Positions 22,588 to 34,684 of a stretch of DNA of 34,684 bases are shown here, one piece after another. The notes beneath the pieces were generated by a model that was given only the letters and a program-made list of their open reading frames with translations, was not told where the DNA came from and did no database searches. Position 1 is the first letter of the stretch. The number at the start of each line of letters is the position of its first letter. Both the position numbers and the translations under genes were made by a program. The stretch covers positions 518,046 to 552,729 of the forward strand of contig NW_014577065.1 of assembly GCF_000485595.1 (NCBI RefSeq), written 5' to 3'. This DNA is from Priapulus caudatus (taxonomy: Eukaryota).

Positions 22588-24020
22588 CAACAGCACTACC
22601 GGATGGGCTCAATTTAATTAAGAAAAAAAGTGTAGATTTAGTGCATAATTTCAGTTGATGATTCGAAATCTGTATCGGGTCTACAACGCGTAGGATTCTA
22701 GATGTTAAAAAGAGCAACTTTGTCATGGGGCTGCACAGTCGTACGCTGTCATGCCAGCGTCCATACATGTTGATTTTTTAAACTCTATGATGTTTAATAA
22801 CACAAGCGAAAGTCTGATAACTTATATATGCAGATTTATGTTATTTAAGATGCTAATGGGTCTCATCTTGTGAGCCCATTAAATCGTTCTTATTTATAGA
22901 GCACGCGCTTTCACGTATCAATATATGTACCCAAGACATTAGATCAATTTGTTACCAGTCTTTCGAGAAAATGTTATTACATAACTCTCTATATTCGAAT
23001 TTTTGTGTCGTGTTTAAAATCTCATTTCATGCAGTGTAGTGTAGCATGTTTCTTGCAGAAGCGCTAGGTTATCTCTCCACATTGTTGCTTATTTGCTGCA
23101 CGTCAGGTTTCGAAATCACCACACAGCAATCCGTTCGAATTGTTTAAGTCTTACACAATTATCTCCATTTCTCTTTATTCATGAAATATAGACACAGAAA
23201 ATGAGTAGTGTTGAGAATGAGATTAGTTTATTTAATTAAATACTAAATTACAAGATACGAATTAATGTGATTACGTCACCTTAAATAGTAAAAGTAAAAA
23301 AATATTATGTCTGTATAAAGTTATAAAATCATTATGTTAACTTTTTATGGTTAAATTGCTGCATTATACTTTCTATTCTTCAATTCTGTTCGATGTAAAC
23401 GAACACTCGTGACTCATACCTAGCCCATAGCAATCATTTAATGTCGTGATCATTATAGCAAATCGGCAAGGTTTTGCGAGCGTTTAGTACATGCTTTTAA
23501 TGTAAAAAATTGCAACAAAAACTTTACAAATATACACCATAGAAAAATCGTGACGTAGTAAATCTAAGGCCAGAAAATGCTCTATATGAAACATCATTGT
23601 CTTCATGTTACATACAGTGGCGTAGCTAGGATTTTTTCAGCGGGGGGGCACTGGGAGGGCCTTACATTTTCGTGGGGGGGGGGCACAATATATAAGCCGC
23701 TCAGGCGGGCACTATTGTTTCATAGTACCTGCGATGTTATCCAATGGAATTTCAACGATTTATCATGTGATGCACTAATGTTGTATATCCAGAAGCGTTG
23801 ACTACACAGAATCATAGAATCGTTCGAACTGTTTTTGTCAGATTACTTATTGTTTTGTTTCTCTGTGACAAATCTATCCCTAGAATCAAGTAAAGAAAAG
23901 TTATAAAAAGGTAAACCGAGCCACCCGCTACCCTAGAGTGTCGGCTGAGAATTAGCCTTGCGTGTATACCATTCGGGTGGGAGGGTGATTACTGGCTTCT
24001 ATCCATCCCGGAATCTCCAC

Positions 24021-24245
24021 CCGTAGATTGAATCCGTGTTGCTGGATAGTGTTTAGATTGTGAATCTAGTACGCTTCTGTTTTCTTTCTGATAGGGATCG
24101 TATGGGTTAAAAGGGGGAGGGGTAAAAATATTTTAGAATTAAGGAAGTATAATATGTGGCTGAATCTGCTCTTAAAGGTTGTTCCTACGCGTTTTTGTCC
24201 GATCAATGCCGGGTACCAGGCTAGTTGCAGATATTGGGGTACGAG
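24021..24245 (-). mobile_element. Decayed GIY-YIG endonuclease fragment, Penelope-like retroelement
   Basis: Reads NICN..., LIGQ...TTFKSRFSH, then RKKTEAY*IHNLNTIQQHGFNLR, matching the E..WI..L.T..P.G.N C-terminal motif with W mutated to TAG. Confidence 0.65.
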
Positions 24246-24338
24246 TGTTAAGCTCACAAAATTCACTTTTCACGTTATAAGTTTTACTAAAAGATGTATG
24301 TGCATGAATTCGTGCTTTCCTGTGTATGCTTGCATGCG

Positions 24339-24340
<2 letters not shown>

Positions 24341-24432
<92 letters not shown>
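24341..24432. repeat. (GT)n microsatellite
   Basis: Direct inspection. Confidence 0.97.
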
Positions 24433-24433
<1 letters not shown>

Positions 24434-24589
24434 TGGTGGGGTTACAAATACTTATAACTATAACGCTATAATTATGTATAATACCTGCTATAGTAACTTG
24501 ACTACCCTAACGTATAGGTATAACAAATATTTGATCATATTTTCATATATTTGTTGTCATCTCTTAAACTGGAACGAGGAAAATGCCTA

Positions 24590-27200
24590 GTAGTGGTATG
24601 TAATTGTAGTAGAGTAGTAGGTAGAAAGCGTAGTAGTAGTAGTAGATCTCGTAGTAGTAGAGTGTAGCTAGGTAGTAGTAGCGTAGATGATATAGTATGT
24701 AGTAGTAGTAGCTCAGCTAGTAGTCAGTAGTAGTATATTCTCTTTAGTAGTAGCTCAGTAGGATAGTAGGTGACAAGTAATAGAAGTACTACAGTCGAGT
24801 CAGTTTGTTGTAGTACCCTGCTGCGGCTGTGGATGATGCATGCTGCTGCTATGTCTGTCCACTGCTGATTTCTTTGGTCTAAGAAACGAGGACCGTATAA
24901 AGAACGAAGATCGCGATCACAAGAATGATGATACTTGGAATTGCCATTGAGCGAATGCGAGAATGGATTTATCTGAGTGGAGCTGAAAAAATTAATATCT
25001 TAACTATTTACTTAACGAGTGGCACAATTACTCAAGCTAGATAGGACACTGGTGGCTATCATGGTTTATCCTACATTGCTAGATAGTAGTTCCTCCGATC
25101 ATGTGGCTGACCACGCTAGAGAATTTAAACCTCGGTAAAAATTTACTGGGCGGACACACAGCCATACACCTCTAATAAAAAACCCGCGAGTCAACCGCAC
25201 AATCCGAGACACACCGTACATGGAAGGGTGGTAAATACCGATCAGCATTCGCCGCATACGTCAGTGACTGACACATAAGACAGCCCAACGATGCAGCCAC
25301 CAAACATCAGCACCAGCTTTCAGTGAACTGCGGAAATGTGCGCTCCTCCGCCATTGGTGTCTTGACAGGTCACTCTAAGTAGCCAGACTAAATAATGACA
25401 CGCAAGTGCTCAACCAACATTGCACTCTATTTACTGGTCTCTAGAAAAACAGAGACACAAAGTTTTTAGTTCGATAGTGCGGTAATAATGGCCGGCTGCG
25501 AGCATATAACGGTCGTACACGAAGGCTAGGTCTAGATGCCGTATATAGACGTCCTCAACGGCAAAAGAAAGCAAAGATCCTGGTTGCTTGGTCGTAGACA
25601 ATTTGCCATTCGTGTCGAAGTAACGTGCCATGGTGAACCGTCGCAAACTCCGCTCTAATGAAACGGAAATCCGCCACTTGCTAGAGCGAATTTGCATCAT
25701 GTAGCTTTCAAGAAGTTATCGAGCGTGAAGATCTCCTGACAATTAAATCTTTGCATAGTATATCACGCACGTTTACTCATCCTTCATCGGGCAGTGAAAA
25801 CGTTCTAAAGTAGATTAATTATTTTTCTACCAGTACTTGCTCTCTGACCTGCCGTTACGCACCGCCCTATCTTACTGATGATAAGCGGGCGAAAACCCAA
25901 CCGGTACGCTGAGCAATTAAATAGTGGTATACGTGTGCTACCGTGGCTCGTCCTGCGATTTGTGATAACCAGTAATAATAGCGAGTATGTGACTACATCA
26001 TCGTGAAAATAGAGTACTGCATAAAATTTGATAGAAAATACTAGCAGCAAATGCATGGGCATCGGGGCAACAGCCCGTATCTGTAACTATTTAGACAAGC
26101 TGCGCCAATACGACAAATCGTAACGCTGAGGTCGGCGAAATCAGAGCAACTGCGTCACCCATTAACGCGTCTTCATCCAGGTTCCAAAATGCGACATGTC
26201 AGCTTCGGCGCCACAAAAAGAGCACACAGATCCTGCCTCAATCGCACCATCTATGTAGGGGAAATACTGAGGTAACCACGAGAGACTTTGCACGAGGTAA
26301 ACGATGAACATAGGAAACATGTTCCCAAATGCAGCAGTGCACACAAACACACACCACAAGCCACACGACACACCACACACACACACACACACGACACACC
26401 CCACCACAACCACACACACACAGCACACACGACGCGCGCCCGCCGCACACACACACACACCAAACCACCACACCCGACCACACCACGCCACCCACCACAG
26501 CCCACACACACACAACCAGCCACACTACACACACGAGACACACCAAACCACCACCAAACACACGCACTACGCACAGCACACCGCACCCACGCAAACATGG
26601 GACCAGCTCGCGCCAGCCCGGGCTCACGCCCGGCCACGCCCGCCACAGCCACCACCAGCCGCCAGCACACCGACCAGCACGCCCACCACACCACAGACAC
26701 ACGTGGCGCATAAAAGCGATCGCCTCTATATAAACACGTCGTAAGCATAGCGTTTCTATCAATACAGTTTATTTGTAGCCGATGTAAGCAATCCTATTTG
26801 GTTCCAAACCTAAACGCTGCGCAAAGAGGACGCTTCATGACTACGGGACAGTCAAATAGCGTAAACATCACGTTATGATTTTGAGCTAACAGTGTTAGAC
26901 CTAGCAATCTTTATGTACTTTTTGCGGTCAACAATCATGCTGGCGTCAGACAAGTAAACTTGATCTGCAGGTCTAGGGACAGTGTACCTTCCGCCCTATA
27001 TCCGTTCACATCTAATAACGCGCTGCCTACTCCTCTACGTAACGATCTACTAACTCCTAGTCGAGCTCTAGTAACACCGTCTAGTACGCTACATCTAGTA
27101 ACGTACCTGCTAGTGAACCGTTCTTGTACTACGTACACTACAGGGAAAAACAATCCAATCAAATATCTAGTTCTGTATGCCCCACACCCGCCCCACCACG
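24590..27200. repeat. Indel-rich block; 24590-26340 is an inverted copy of about 32920-34330, and about 25530-27200 is a direct copy of about 27230-28830
   Basis: Shared strings such as GGAATCCGCCAACTTGCTAGAAATTTGCATCATGTAGCTTTCAAA and GCGCCACAAAAAGAGCACACA occur in all three copies. Confidence 0.8.
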
Positions 27201-27204
27201 CCGC

Positions 27205-27229
27205 NNNNNNNNNNNNNNNNNNNNNNNNN
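27205..27229. other. Assembly gap (25 N)
   Basis: N run. Confidence 0.99.
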
Positions 27230-27959
27230 CAGGTTAGATGGCCGTAGTAGACGTCTTCAACGGCAAGGAAAAGCAAGATTGGTTTTTGTTCTAGAATTAT
27301 GCCATTTCTGTCAAGTACACGTGGCCATGGTGGACGTAGTCCGCTATGCTCGTAAAGTGAAACGGAATCCGCCAACTTGCTAGAAATTTGCATCATGTAG
27401 CTTTCAAAGTTTCAGTTTTGGAAATCTCGAAATTAAAATTTGTGCATATATATAGCACGTTATATTAGTTGTGTATGCATTGAAACGTTCTAAGTAATTT
27501 TTAATTATTTTTTCTACCATATTTGCCTTCTTTGACCTTGCCGTTACGAGCCTTTTTTACTGATGATAAACGGGGAAAAAACTGGTTAGTGAGTTAAAAT
27601 AGTGTTACGTGTCTACCTGCTGCCGATTATTTGTGATAACAGTAATAAATAGCAGTAATGATATTAATGATAATATTAAAAATAAATATCAATAAATTTG
27701 TAGAAATATACAGCAAAATGCATGGCATTGCGGCACAGCCCGGTCTTGTAACTATTTAGACAAAAGCTGCCGCCATTACGAAAAAATGTAATGGTGCGAA
27801 ATCAGATATTACGCGTCACCATACGCGTCTTCCATCAGGTTCAATGCGACATCACTTCGCGCCACAAAAGAGCACACAATCGGCTCAATGATCTATGTAG
27901 GGAATATGAACGACGAGAAATTTGAAGGTAACGATGACTAGGCAAATCATGCAGCATGC

Positions 27960-27991
27960 ACACTGCACACAAACACACACACACATCACAC

Positions 27992-28041
<50 letters not shown>

Positions 28042-28077
28042 AACACACACACACAACACACACACACACAGCCTGCT

Positions 28078-28110
<33 letters not shown>

Positions 28111-28139
28111 ACACACGCAACACGCACACACACACTACC

Positions 28140-28177
<38 letters not shown>

Positions 28178-28262
28178 GCACACGCACACGCACACGCACA
28201 CGCAACGCACACGCACACTTCACACGCCACACGCACAGCACCACGCACACGCACACCGCACA

Positions 28263-28293
<31 letters not shown>

Positions 28294-28306
28294 CAACACA
28301 ACACAC
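27960..28306. repeat. Degenerate (CA)n microsatellite; noisier copy at 26340-26702
   Basis: Direct inspection. Confidence 0.95.
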
Positions 28307-28603
28307 GTGCCCACGCATATAAAGCGATGCCTCTATATAAAACGTGTATTAGCATAGCGTCTTCTATCAATACATTTATTTGTAGCCGATTAACAATCCT
28401 ATTTGTTCAACTAAAACGCTCGCAAATAGACGCGCTTCATGATACGGGGAACATCAATATTGCGTAAACATTCATTATGAATTTGTACTGTACCATGTTT
28501 GACTAGCGAATGCTATTTAATTTTTTGTGTAGGTCAACAATAATGCTGCGTCAACAAGTAAATTGATCTGCAGGTTAGAGAAGTGTATTCCGCCTATATC
28601 TTA

Positions 28604-28712
28604 CATCTAGTAACGCGCTGCCTACTCGCTCTAGTAACGCTCTAGTAACTCTAGTAGCTCTAGTAACACCTCTAGTACGCTACATCTAGTAACGTACTGC
28701 TAGTAACGCGTT
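28604..28712. repeat. Short CTAGTAAC(G) tandem repeat; noisier copy at about 27010-27120
   Basis: About 8 TCTAGTAAC-like units. Confidence 0.75.
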
Positions 28713-28946
28713 CTTGTATACGTACACTTACACCGTGGAAAAAAAACAACTCCAATTAATCAATATCACTATGTGTTGAGCATTATTAATGTTATTGTTT
28801 ATTTATATACCCCCCTCCCCCACACCCGCGTATTGTAATAGATTAGGTAAATCGCCGCCGTTTCGCGAGGCGGAGGTAATTTGTTAGATCTATAGGTTGT
28901 CATCGATAGATGCCGACTGCATAGCTCATGGACAACGCTATACTTG

Positions 28947-29018
28947 TCAGTTGCTCGAATGCCCTTGTATGTGAAATTGAATTATTACCACCAGATTCGT
29001 TATGATCACGCTTGCTAT
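28947..29018 (-). CDS. GR-like gene C, terminal exon 4 (IASVIITNLVVIIQFHIQGHSSN*)
   Basis: tttacag acceptor, TM7 motif, TGA stop. The exon is intact although upstream exons are disabled. Confidence 0.78.
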   Translation of the reverse strand: MASVIITNLVVIIQFHIQGHSSN

Positions 29019-29770
29019 CTGTAAATGGAAAAGAATAATGGCTTTCTAGCCTAATATAAACGGTCACTAATTTTCAGTATTTTTGGTGACGATTTTGTAG
29101 AGTGGTCGTTACATAGGGTTGCTAGAATGATGGCGTGTGCATTCCGCGTCACTATTGCTGATAGGGAAACATCACATAAAAACGCTGAAACGTTGTATGC
29201 AGACCCCGTTTTTCGTGTCTCATGGTATATATCTAAGCCAAAACCGCCAATGGAACAGCTTTCAACCAAGTCTCCTATGAACTGTGCTGTACTGGTTTCG
29301 TGTTGCTATCCACGTTTACCGAAGAGTCTCTAACGGCCAGTCATATAAATTATATAATAAACCAAATATAGCCAGTCATAAAGAGTATTGAAGGCGAGAA
29401 AAACACAAAATCGGCACATAGTAACAATACCAATTGGGATGAAAAATGCGTACGGCGACAGAACTCTACACATAATGGCACCTGGTGAAACATGCATGCA
29501 TTGCCATGATGCGACAGTTATGGACAGATGTACTAAGCTCAGAGGGGCACATTTGGCAAGAGATTGAGCACGCACGCTCAGATCTCGACCTCGACTGACT
29601 AATCAACGGCCAAGGCGACACCTTGTGTGAGAGAGATGCCACCTCTGGTGACCAGACAGTTTAACAGGAGGAAGCGAACTCAGGCGGCAGAGCCACATTT
29701 ACGACCAGAGTACGATATCTAGTATGATACAGATTGTCGTAATGCGACATGTAAAAAGAGACATACTTAC

Positions 29771-29859
29771 GGTCAGAAGAAGACCTCGGGTAATAGAAAA
29801 AAGCCAGCAACAGTGAAACGCACGTCATTTGTATTCAACCTGGCGATGAAGAGACCTCT
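29771..29859 (-). pseudogene. GR-like gene C, exon 3 (RGLFIARLNTNDVRFTVAGFF...) with a 1-nt deletion in a homopolymer
   Basis: 89 nt versus 90 nt in the paralogs; splice sites intact. The indel could be a sequencing error. Confidence 0.75.
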
Positions 29860-30079
29860 CTGCGGGGCAACGAAACGTAATTGGCTCGATGTGTGCTCAA
29901 TTAAGACACACTCCTGCTGACTTCATAATAATTCTCGTGCTCTCTCTCTCTTATTCATCACCACCGCTTTACCATAACAAATCTCTTTATGACAGACCAT
30001 GATTACATGTATGTATGTACACACGTGTACACACACACACGCACACACACACACACCCACACACACACACACACACCAA

Positions 30080-30980
30080 ACCACTATCGTGACAACAAGT
30101 GTCCAGTTAGTCTGACTCTGAATTTAGCACTTACTGCTCTCTTTGTCGGCTTAGATTTTGATTTTTTAACGAAGAAGATCAATCAACTTGTCCGCATAAA
30201 CGAAGAAATAACTACAAACAGAGGGCAAAGGCAAATACCCAACCAAGCCGATCAGCCCACGTTCGACAATGATGCAAGGCTATGGTCAATAGAGGAGTTA
30301 ACGCCTGCAATACGTAAAGGATGGCGGATGTGGTCAGCCATGTACAAGCGCTATACTCACCTATGACTCTTCCTTTAAGTGGTGTTCTTCTCGCGTCATA
30401 ACGACTAATTATTTAGATGACATTCGTGTCATAGTTTGATAACTATCATACCGTGCGGTCGACTCGACGTTTTTGCTGAGTTGTGCTGGACAGATAACGC
30501 AGTCAGTTACTACTTTATAGTCGAATTTACTGCAAACATCCTCCAGGGAGCAAAATCTACGGAAAGTTATTTTTGTAAAACAATTTAGATGTTTCAAAGA
30601 GTGTGTTGATGCTGTCGAGTAGCTAGCTAACAGAATATTCCTTAAGAATTATAATATTATTGCTTGAATACGGACCGTTGATACTGAGCCGTGCCGCTTA
30701 GTAGCTTAGGTAATGTATGAGTCCTGGGTTGAAATACTAGAAGACATGCCTGCGAGTGGTGCCAAGACAACGAGACGAACGACAAGCTGAAACAGATATG
30801 ATGTAAGCGTACGAGCACATTGCAAGCGATAGTGTCTTTATCCACTACTTATTGATATAGTTTCTCCGTAATTAGGTTATCCTCATTGCAGACAACGTCG
30901 CTTTTAGGCGCCACAAAAGGCCAAAGACTGGCTTGAAGAAAGCTAACATATCTCCCTCATCACCGGAAGAGTACAGGTAA
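30080..30980 (+). pseudogene. Inverted, indel-rich copy of the 3' part of GR gene C exon 1, intron 1 and exon 2
   Basis: ORF 29989..30366 contains VGLDFDFLTKKINQLVRINEE...LWSIEEL. ILQGAKSTE near 30540-30565. Exon-2-like ttttag...TACAG|GTAA at about 30908-30976. Confidence 0.75.
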
Positions 30981-31159
30981 TTAAGCTATATCATTAACCG
31001 GCTATATATATATTATAGTATATACTTATACTTACGGCGTATACCTATACTATGCGTGCGTGACGTGCGTGCATGTGTCGGTGTGTGTGTGTGTCGTGTG
31101 CGTGCGATGGCGTGCGGTGCCGTGCGCTGCGCTGTGTGTGGTCGCGAGCGCTGTTCGTG

Positions 31160-31184
31160 NNNNNNNNNNNNNNNNNNNNNNNNN
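31160..31184. other. Assembly gap (25 N)
   Basis: N run. Confidence 0.99.
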
Positions 31185-31329
31185 TAATGACATTTCGTGA
31201 CTATCTATTTATTACTAGCTACGTTGTTCCGACTCGAGTGTTTTGCTAGTTGCTGGACTGATAACGATCATACTATTTATAGTCGGATTGACTGCAAACA
31301 TCCTCCAGGGAGCAAAATCTACGGAAAAG
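31185..31329 (+). pseudogene. Inverted final segment of GR gene C exon 1 (DSSVLLVAGLITIILFIVGLTANILQGAKSTEK|gt)
   Basis: Plus-strand translation continues the minus-strand exon that breaks at about 31370. Donor GTATTT at 31330. Confidence 0.75.
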
Positions 31330-31369
31330 GTATTTTTGTAAAACATATTTTTCGATGTTTAAAGTTTTA

Positions 31370-32374
31370 TATGACGGAGAAAACCACACTAAAGAAGATC
31401 ATAGGTGAGTATAGCGCTTGTACATGGCTGACCACATCCGCCATCTTTACGTATTGCAGGCGTAACTCCTCTATTGACCATAGCCTTGCATCATTGTCGA
31501 ACGTGGGCTGATCGGCTTGGTTGGGTATTTGCCTTTGCCCTCTGTTTGTAGTTATTTCTTCGTTTATGCGGACAAGTTGATTGATCTTCTTCGTTAAAAA
31601 ATCAAAATCTAAGCCGACAAGAGAGCAGTAAGTGCTAAATGTCAGAGTCAGACTAATGACACTTGTTGTCACGATAGTGTTTATGATCATCGAAATAATT
31701 TTAATAGTAACTCGTGTTGGTGCTGTTAAGATATCATCATCAAAAAACAGTTCAAGCGGATGCAGAAGCGGAGCGGTAATTTCCCTGTTAAACTCAGAGT
31801 TGTCAAAAATAATTATTATAGAAAACGTGACGCAGGTTGCATAGAGACCACACGTAGAAACGCAAAATATCATTGCCTTTCGAATGATCTTCTTTTTGTT
31901 TAGTTTTTGGGTTTCCCCATCTCTCCATACCTGCGTGCATTCCCACCACCTGTACATGAGAGATGGCACCTTTGATAAGCCGTGTAGAAACAACGCTAGT
32001 GTGACAGTTCAATACACCTGCGTTATTATCCAAATGACGTACATTAATATAATTTCATGATTGGACGTACTGTAGTAGGTGATGATATAGTGTATTAGCC
32101 GTGCAAGGTTTAATACGCTCACTACAACTCAGCCTGTAGATAATATAAACGAGATGCTCGTCTTTCTACGCACTACCACGACTTGTCCATCCAACTTCTG
32201 CGTCTCTACCTGAACAGGCAACAGTCCCGAAAAATTAAGCATTTGAATCCACACGCGAAACAGCTCCAGAAACTCCCCATACGTAAGCTTTCCCGTCGCA
32301 ACGTCAGCAGAATCTTCATTTTGAATTTGTAGTGCAGTTTCATTTTTTATTGACTGCTCACTTGGCGACGGCAT
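31370..32374 (-). pseudogene. GR-like gene C, exon 1 (close paralog of B) with two in-frame TGA stops and a truncated 3' end
   Basis: ORFs 32129..32374 and 31367..31993 are in the same frame. Stops at 32129-32131 (Trp in A/B) and 32009-32011 (Gly in A/B). 12-nt in-frame deletion near the start relative to B. Confidence 0.85.
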
Positions 32375-32819
32375 GCTTTCTTGATCTCGAGAACCGCTCC
32401 TCCGTGGCTAACAGTTGTTAGATATGACTTGGATGAACTTGCTCTCTCGTTCTCTAATGTGAGCACTCTGGACGTGATGCCGAGGCGCGCCGAGGATTGA
32501 CACTTTCTGTCTTCCAATCACAGCCTTCGCCGCGCCAGTCTTTGATATTTTTAAATATGGGGACCCATTGGAAAACCAAATCGCCGATCTCAGGAACTAG
32601 GGCATTCTGCTATGCTAGAACGGTTTCCTACGATAGAGTTTGCCACAAATACGAAAATAACACGCTGTTTAGCGCACTGCGCTACGTCCTTCGGTTGCAT
32701 TTTCGCATCTCCGTAATCAGAATAAGCCCCGCCTTCTTCGTTGATGGACATAAATGGGGCGTCACCGACGTGACCAATTACTGTACACATCACCTCCCCT
32801 CAATGCATTCACAACCAGA

Positions 32820-32822
32820 TGT

Positions 32823-32905
<83 letters not shown>

Positions 32906-32910
32906 TGTGC
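32820..32910. repeat. (GT)n microsatellite
   Basis: Direct inspection. Confidence 0.97.
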
Positions 32911-34183
32911 ATGCGTGCATGAATTTTCCTAGTCATCGTTACCTTCAAATTCTCGTCGTATCATATTTCCCTACATAGATGCATGAGCCGATTGTGTGCT
33001 CTTTTTGTGGCGCGAAGTGATGTCGCATTTGGAACCTGATGGAAGACGCGTATGGGTGACGCGTATATCTGATTTCGCACCTCACGTTACATTTTTCGTA
33101 TGGCGCAGCTTGTCTAAATAGTTACAAGACGGCTGTGCCCATGCCATGCATTTGCTGTATATTTCTACAAATTTTATTGATATTATTTTCAATATTATCA
33201 TTACTGCTATTATTACTGTTATCACAATAATCGAGCAGCAGTAGACACGTAACCACTATTTAACTCACTACCGGTTTTTTCCCCGTTTATCATCAGTAAA
33301 AGGCGTCGTAACGGCAGGTCAGAAGGCAAATATGGTAGAAAAAATAATTAAAATTACTTAGAACGTTTCAATGCATACACATAATAAACGTGCTATATAT
33401 ATGCACAAATTTAATTTCGAGATTTCACCTGAAACTTTTGAAAGCTACATGATGCAAATTTCTAGCAAGTTGGCGGATTCCGTTTCACTTGCGAGCATAG
33501 CGGACCGGTCACCATTGCCACGTTACTTGACAGAATGGCATAATTTCTAGACAAAACCAATCTTGCTTTCTTGCCGTTGAGACGTCTATACGGCATCTAA
33601 CCTACGTGCATAACACAGATTACAGCTCGTCAGTGCCGCATAATACCGCAATAAACTAAGAAACGGCCTTTCCAGAGACCAAATAATGCAATGTTGGTGA
33701 ACACTTCGTTCAACTTTAAGGCTGGCTACTTAAGAGTGTCACCTGTAAGAACCAATCGGAGGGCGCACAGTCCGGGCACTAAAGCTGGTGCGATGTTTGG
33801 TGGCATGCATTCGTTGGGCTGCTTTATGTGTCAGTCACTGACATATGCAGGCGAATGCTGACTGGTAATTTACCCACCCCTTCCATGTACGGTGTCAATT
33901 CGGTTGTACGGCTGTTATTTAGACGTAGATGTGGTGTCCGCCAGTAAATTTACGATTTAAATCACCGGTCAGCACATGATGGAAACCACATAAGCATGTA
34001 GCTAAACATGAAGCACATGCCTATCTAGCTTTAGTAATGCCACTCGTTAAGTAATAGTTAAAATAATTATTTTCAGCCTCAGAAATTCATTTCATTTCAA
34101 TTCAATTCAAGTATCTCATTCTTTATAGGACTTCGCTTCTTTATACGCTTCGTCTCATTACAAGAAATAGCAGTGGCAGACAT

Positions 34184-34249
34184 AGCAGCAGCAGCAGTAG
34201 CAGCTAGCTAGGCCAGCAGCAGTACTACAACAACAACTACTACTACTAG

Positions 34250-34305
<56 letters not shown>

Positions 34306-34420
34306 TTATTATTATTATTGTTACTATCATATACCACCGACAAACACTTCCCACCGCCACCACCACCACTGCCGCCGCCAGTGCCACAACCACCGCGCCA
34401 CGACGAACGACGACGACGAC
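34184..34420. repeat. Compound trinucleotide repeat (CAG/CAA/CTA/TAT/CCA/CGA)n
   Basis: Direct inspection. Confidence 0.93.
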
Positions 34421-34684
34421 CGAACGACTTTATTTATTTAACGTAATATATAATTATCTATAAATAATACAGTCGATCAAATTATATCAGTCTACTTTCA
34501 TCCTATATTTCTACGTATATAGCTTGAACTATTTGATTGTTTAATTGTGTTTAAAAATGTAGAGCGAGCATATCGCCTGAGTTTTATCACATACGTGTAA
34601 CATAATATGTGCATATTTGTCGTACGTCAACCGTATGTTGTTAATTCTGCTTTATTGGACGTTCCTCCGTTCCGTTCTACTTGA

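Noticed and set aside
23616..23690. CAGTGGCGTAGC hAT-like transposon end (similar CAGGGCCGTAG at about 1579)
   Set aside because: No matching opposite end or TSD found; too little to call.
32009..32131. Selenocysteine or alternative genetic code explanation for the TGA codons in gene C
   Set aside because: They align to Trp and Gly rather than Cys, and TGA serves as the normal stop in the terminal exons.
33440..34000. Possible decayed GR exon 1 in the triplicated block (LPRYLTEW)
   Set aside because: Only a few residues of resemblance, and the three noisy copies give inconsistent frames.

Overview
Eukaryotic (invertebrate animal-like) genomic window: microsatellite-rich, with spliceosomal introns and three 25-N gaps flanked by indel-rich redundant sequence, which suggests long-read gap filling. 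The main content is a minus-strand tandem cluster of gustatory-receptor-like (GR/GRL, 7TM chemoreceptor ion channel) genes. Each has one large first exon and three short phase-0 3' exons. Gene A is apparently complete (exons 11543-12706, 10619-10681, 10246-10335, 2941-2997; about 457 aa). Gene B has only exons 1-2 (16590-17756, 16150-16212). Set D is an orphan pair of exons 3-4 (20840-20929, 19984-20055). Gene C is a pseudogene (about 28947-32374). A damaged near-identical copy of A lies at about 6965-9327. All three terminal exons carry TNhhhhhQF instead of the canonical TYhhhhhQF. Where exons 3-4 of gene B should be, there is a truncated MITE followed by two intact same-strand exons of glutamine-fructose-6-phosphate aminotransferase (GFAT, C-terminal SIS domain); I found no other GFAT exons in the window. 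Also present: a split Helentron/HINE-like element enclosing a frameshifted LRR-like sequence, Harbinger-like MITEs, a decayed Penelope-like GIY-YIG endonuclease fragment and several minisatellites. No CRISPR array, rRNA or tRNA was recognised. All alignments and translations beyond the ORF track were done by eye.
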